From assembly GCA_051313645.2 (NCBI GenBank), contig JBNRSN020000005.1:82398001-82462000 (forward strand): a stretch of DNA of 64,000 nt. Direction: 5' to 3'. The translations under genes were made by a program, and so were the position numbers. Shown in pieces: positions 61,848-64,000 of this stretch (its first letter is position 1; each line of letters opens with the position of its first letter). Origin of the DNA: Centroscyllium fabricii. Lineage: Eukaryota. The notes beneath the pieces were generated by a model. It was not told where the DNA came from and ran no database searches. It was given only the letters and a program-made list of their open reading frames with translations.

Positions 61848-64000
61848 CTAGAGGAACCTAGGCCTTCCCATGAAAACACACAGAATGGGTTAGGCCACAG
61901 CAAAGGGAAGAAACGTAGGAATTGAACCAGACAAAAGTTAACTGTAGTGTTTAATTGAAAAAAAAAACTGCACTGATATTTAGCAGTATGACTGTGAAGC
62001 AGCTTTCAACTTCTCATTCTTCTAGGATTTTTTCATGCAGATTTTGCTGTTGAACTTTTTAATGAGGTCTCTAAATGAAGAGAGAGAAGGAAGCCAGCCC
62101 TGCCAAAGGATGGGAATCCATAATATGGATGCCACTGAACTAATAAGAAGAGAAATATCCCCATCAACAAAGGATTCAGACTGACAACTGTTTTACCTAA
62201 CAGTGCAGCGCATTGACTGAATGCAGTATTAGGTTCCATATGAACAGTCTGTAATTAGGCAACGGAGCAGCGTTGCATTGGCTGCTTCTTCTCATTGCAT
62301 TTTTTCCACCTTAGATCAGTTACAGCCATTTAATTCCTTAATTGTTTTCAAGTCTTCCAGATATTTCTTAGGTTAGGAATTATGTCTATTTCAGGGAATA
62401 GTAAGCTTTACTCAGTCATGCAATACTGAAAATACTGCATTTATTTGCTGGCTGGAAAACGATGGACAGTTACGAAGAACAAACAAAACTTTTTTTAAAA
62501 CCTTTGTTGTTGATGTTGTTTATGGGTTTTTTGTACCAGCTTTACCACTACAGCCATTTTATTAATCTGTGAATTTATCTTAAGCAATAGTGAATGAGAA
62601 GGTGCATACTTTTTATGGATGCAATTTATGTTGAGTGCCAGTTCAGTCAAAATCCTCAACTTCTTTAACACAAGGTAATACATAGCTTCAGTTCATTATT
62701 GCAATTAGATTACACCTTTATTGATAGACTAGTCGATCTGACAATTGAATCCAATGCAACAAGATTATACACTAGCTTGCCCCAGCATACTTTGGAAATA
62801 TGGTACTAATGTAAAATAATGTACTTTACAGGCATATTTATTAACCATTCAAAACATGACTGTTAAGGTGTAAATTTGATTTAGCAACTAATCAGATGTT
62901 TTTCCTCCCCCTTAAAGGCTACATTTGCTACATTTTAAAAACAAATGAAGGCGCTAACCTGTACCAAGTACTCAAATGTCAGTATTAGTAGCTGCTCCCT
63001 GTTGTACCATGTGACATCCTCTTCTGTGTACACATATGTAATCAAAGATTGTGAGCCTAACCTGAGGTCATGTATTGGAAACAAAAAAAATGTTGTAGTT
63101 CAGCTTGCAATGTTTCATGTTTGCTGTGTTCTTCTAATTTTAGTTGAATTCAAAGACTGTTGTCTTGTTCTTATTGTGGTGTTAGATTCTTGTGATTGTA
63201 CGCATTAGACACAGGGTAGAATTAGAGACAGTAATGGATGTAAAATTCCTCAGGAGATAGTGTATTCTATTCCTTACTGGTGATAAGATTGCTCCTATTA
63301 ATAATAAGAACAAATAGTTTAAGAATCAGAACAAATATCTCTTCCGACAATACACATTTAAATCATTAATTTAAAAAGGGATATTTTGCGTAACAGTTTA
63401 TTGTAGAATAACAATGTATATCTTAGAAAAGAATTTGAATATTTCCAAACAATAGGTAAATGTCTAATTTTTAAATGCTGTAAATATAGCTATGTTCAAA
63501 CATCTCAAATGGTTGTTAAAACCAGCTTTGTGTCGTTACAAGTTTTTGGTGCATACAAGTTTCCCAAACTACTGCTACATTGTGTGCTTTGAACAAAAAA
63601 AAAAGAAAAAGACAAAAAGGTTGACGGTATGCATCAACCTTGTGCTATAAATACTGTGTATCATTAGCCGTACGAGACTATATAGTAGATTGTGGTTTCT
63701 CAGTAGAGAATTGACTGTACTGTGATTCTAGACTTTATTCATCATTAGCAGCTCATTCAGGTGGTCAATAACTTGAAGTTTATAGCTGTAATAGGGAACT
63801 AAGAAGCTGGCACGACCCTTAAAAAAAATCCAACTCCTGGGAGTAAGGTGCTGATTTTGAGTAATAGGAGCTTAGCTCTGTGGAGTGCAAGGGAAGGATT
63901 TAAGATTTATTTTGCGCATGCTTATGCGAAGTCTCATTTACCAGTAGGCAGAGCAGCAAAATGAGATAGTTAAAAATGAAGGTTCTATGTTTTAAGCTGT
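61848..64000 (+). other. ESRRG: ESRRG 3'UTR, probably extending beyond the window
   Basis: Follows the stop codon, is AU-rich and has no recognisable TE. I noticed no canonical AATAAA before the window end. The extent is inferred. Confidence 0.65.

Overview
This is vertebrate genomic DNA, most likely from a cartilaginous fish (elasmobranch), judging from HE1-type V-SINEs, Deu-domain SINEs and shark-style CR1 LINEs. The window holds the 3' half of the nuclear receptor gene ESRRG (ERR-gamma) on the + strand: four coding exons (15930-16040, 18558-18719, 58468-58737, 61603-61847; all phase-1 junctions, GT-AG introns) and a long 3'UTR that probably runs past the window end. The introns are full of mobile DNA: CR1 LINE fragments, SINEs, solo LTRs, three Tigger/pogo-like MITEs, about a dozen PIF/Harbinger-type MITEs, and a decayed two-gene Harbinger transposon with four nested insertions. 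I see no clearly new protein-coding system. The most unusual structures are: a Penelope-like fragment with a hammerhead motif inside a ~180 bp direct duplication; a Tigger-like MITE expanded by a 21-bp minisatellite that reads as a 382-aa heptad coiled-coil ORF; a MITE packed with NRF1/YY1-like motifs and a perfect 31-bp hairpin; and near-identical inverted CR1 copies bracketing a frame-preserving 273-nt exon pair. All family assignments come from recognising motifs by eye, not from database searches.
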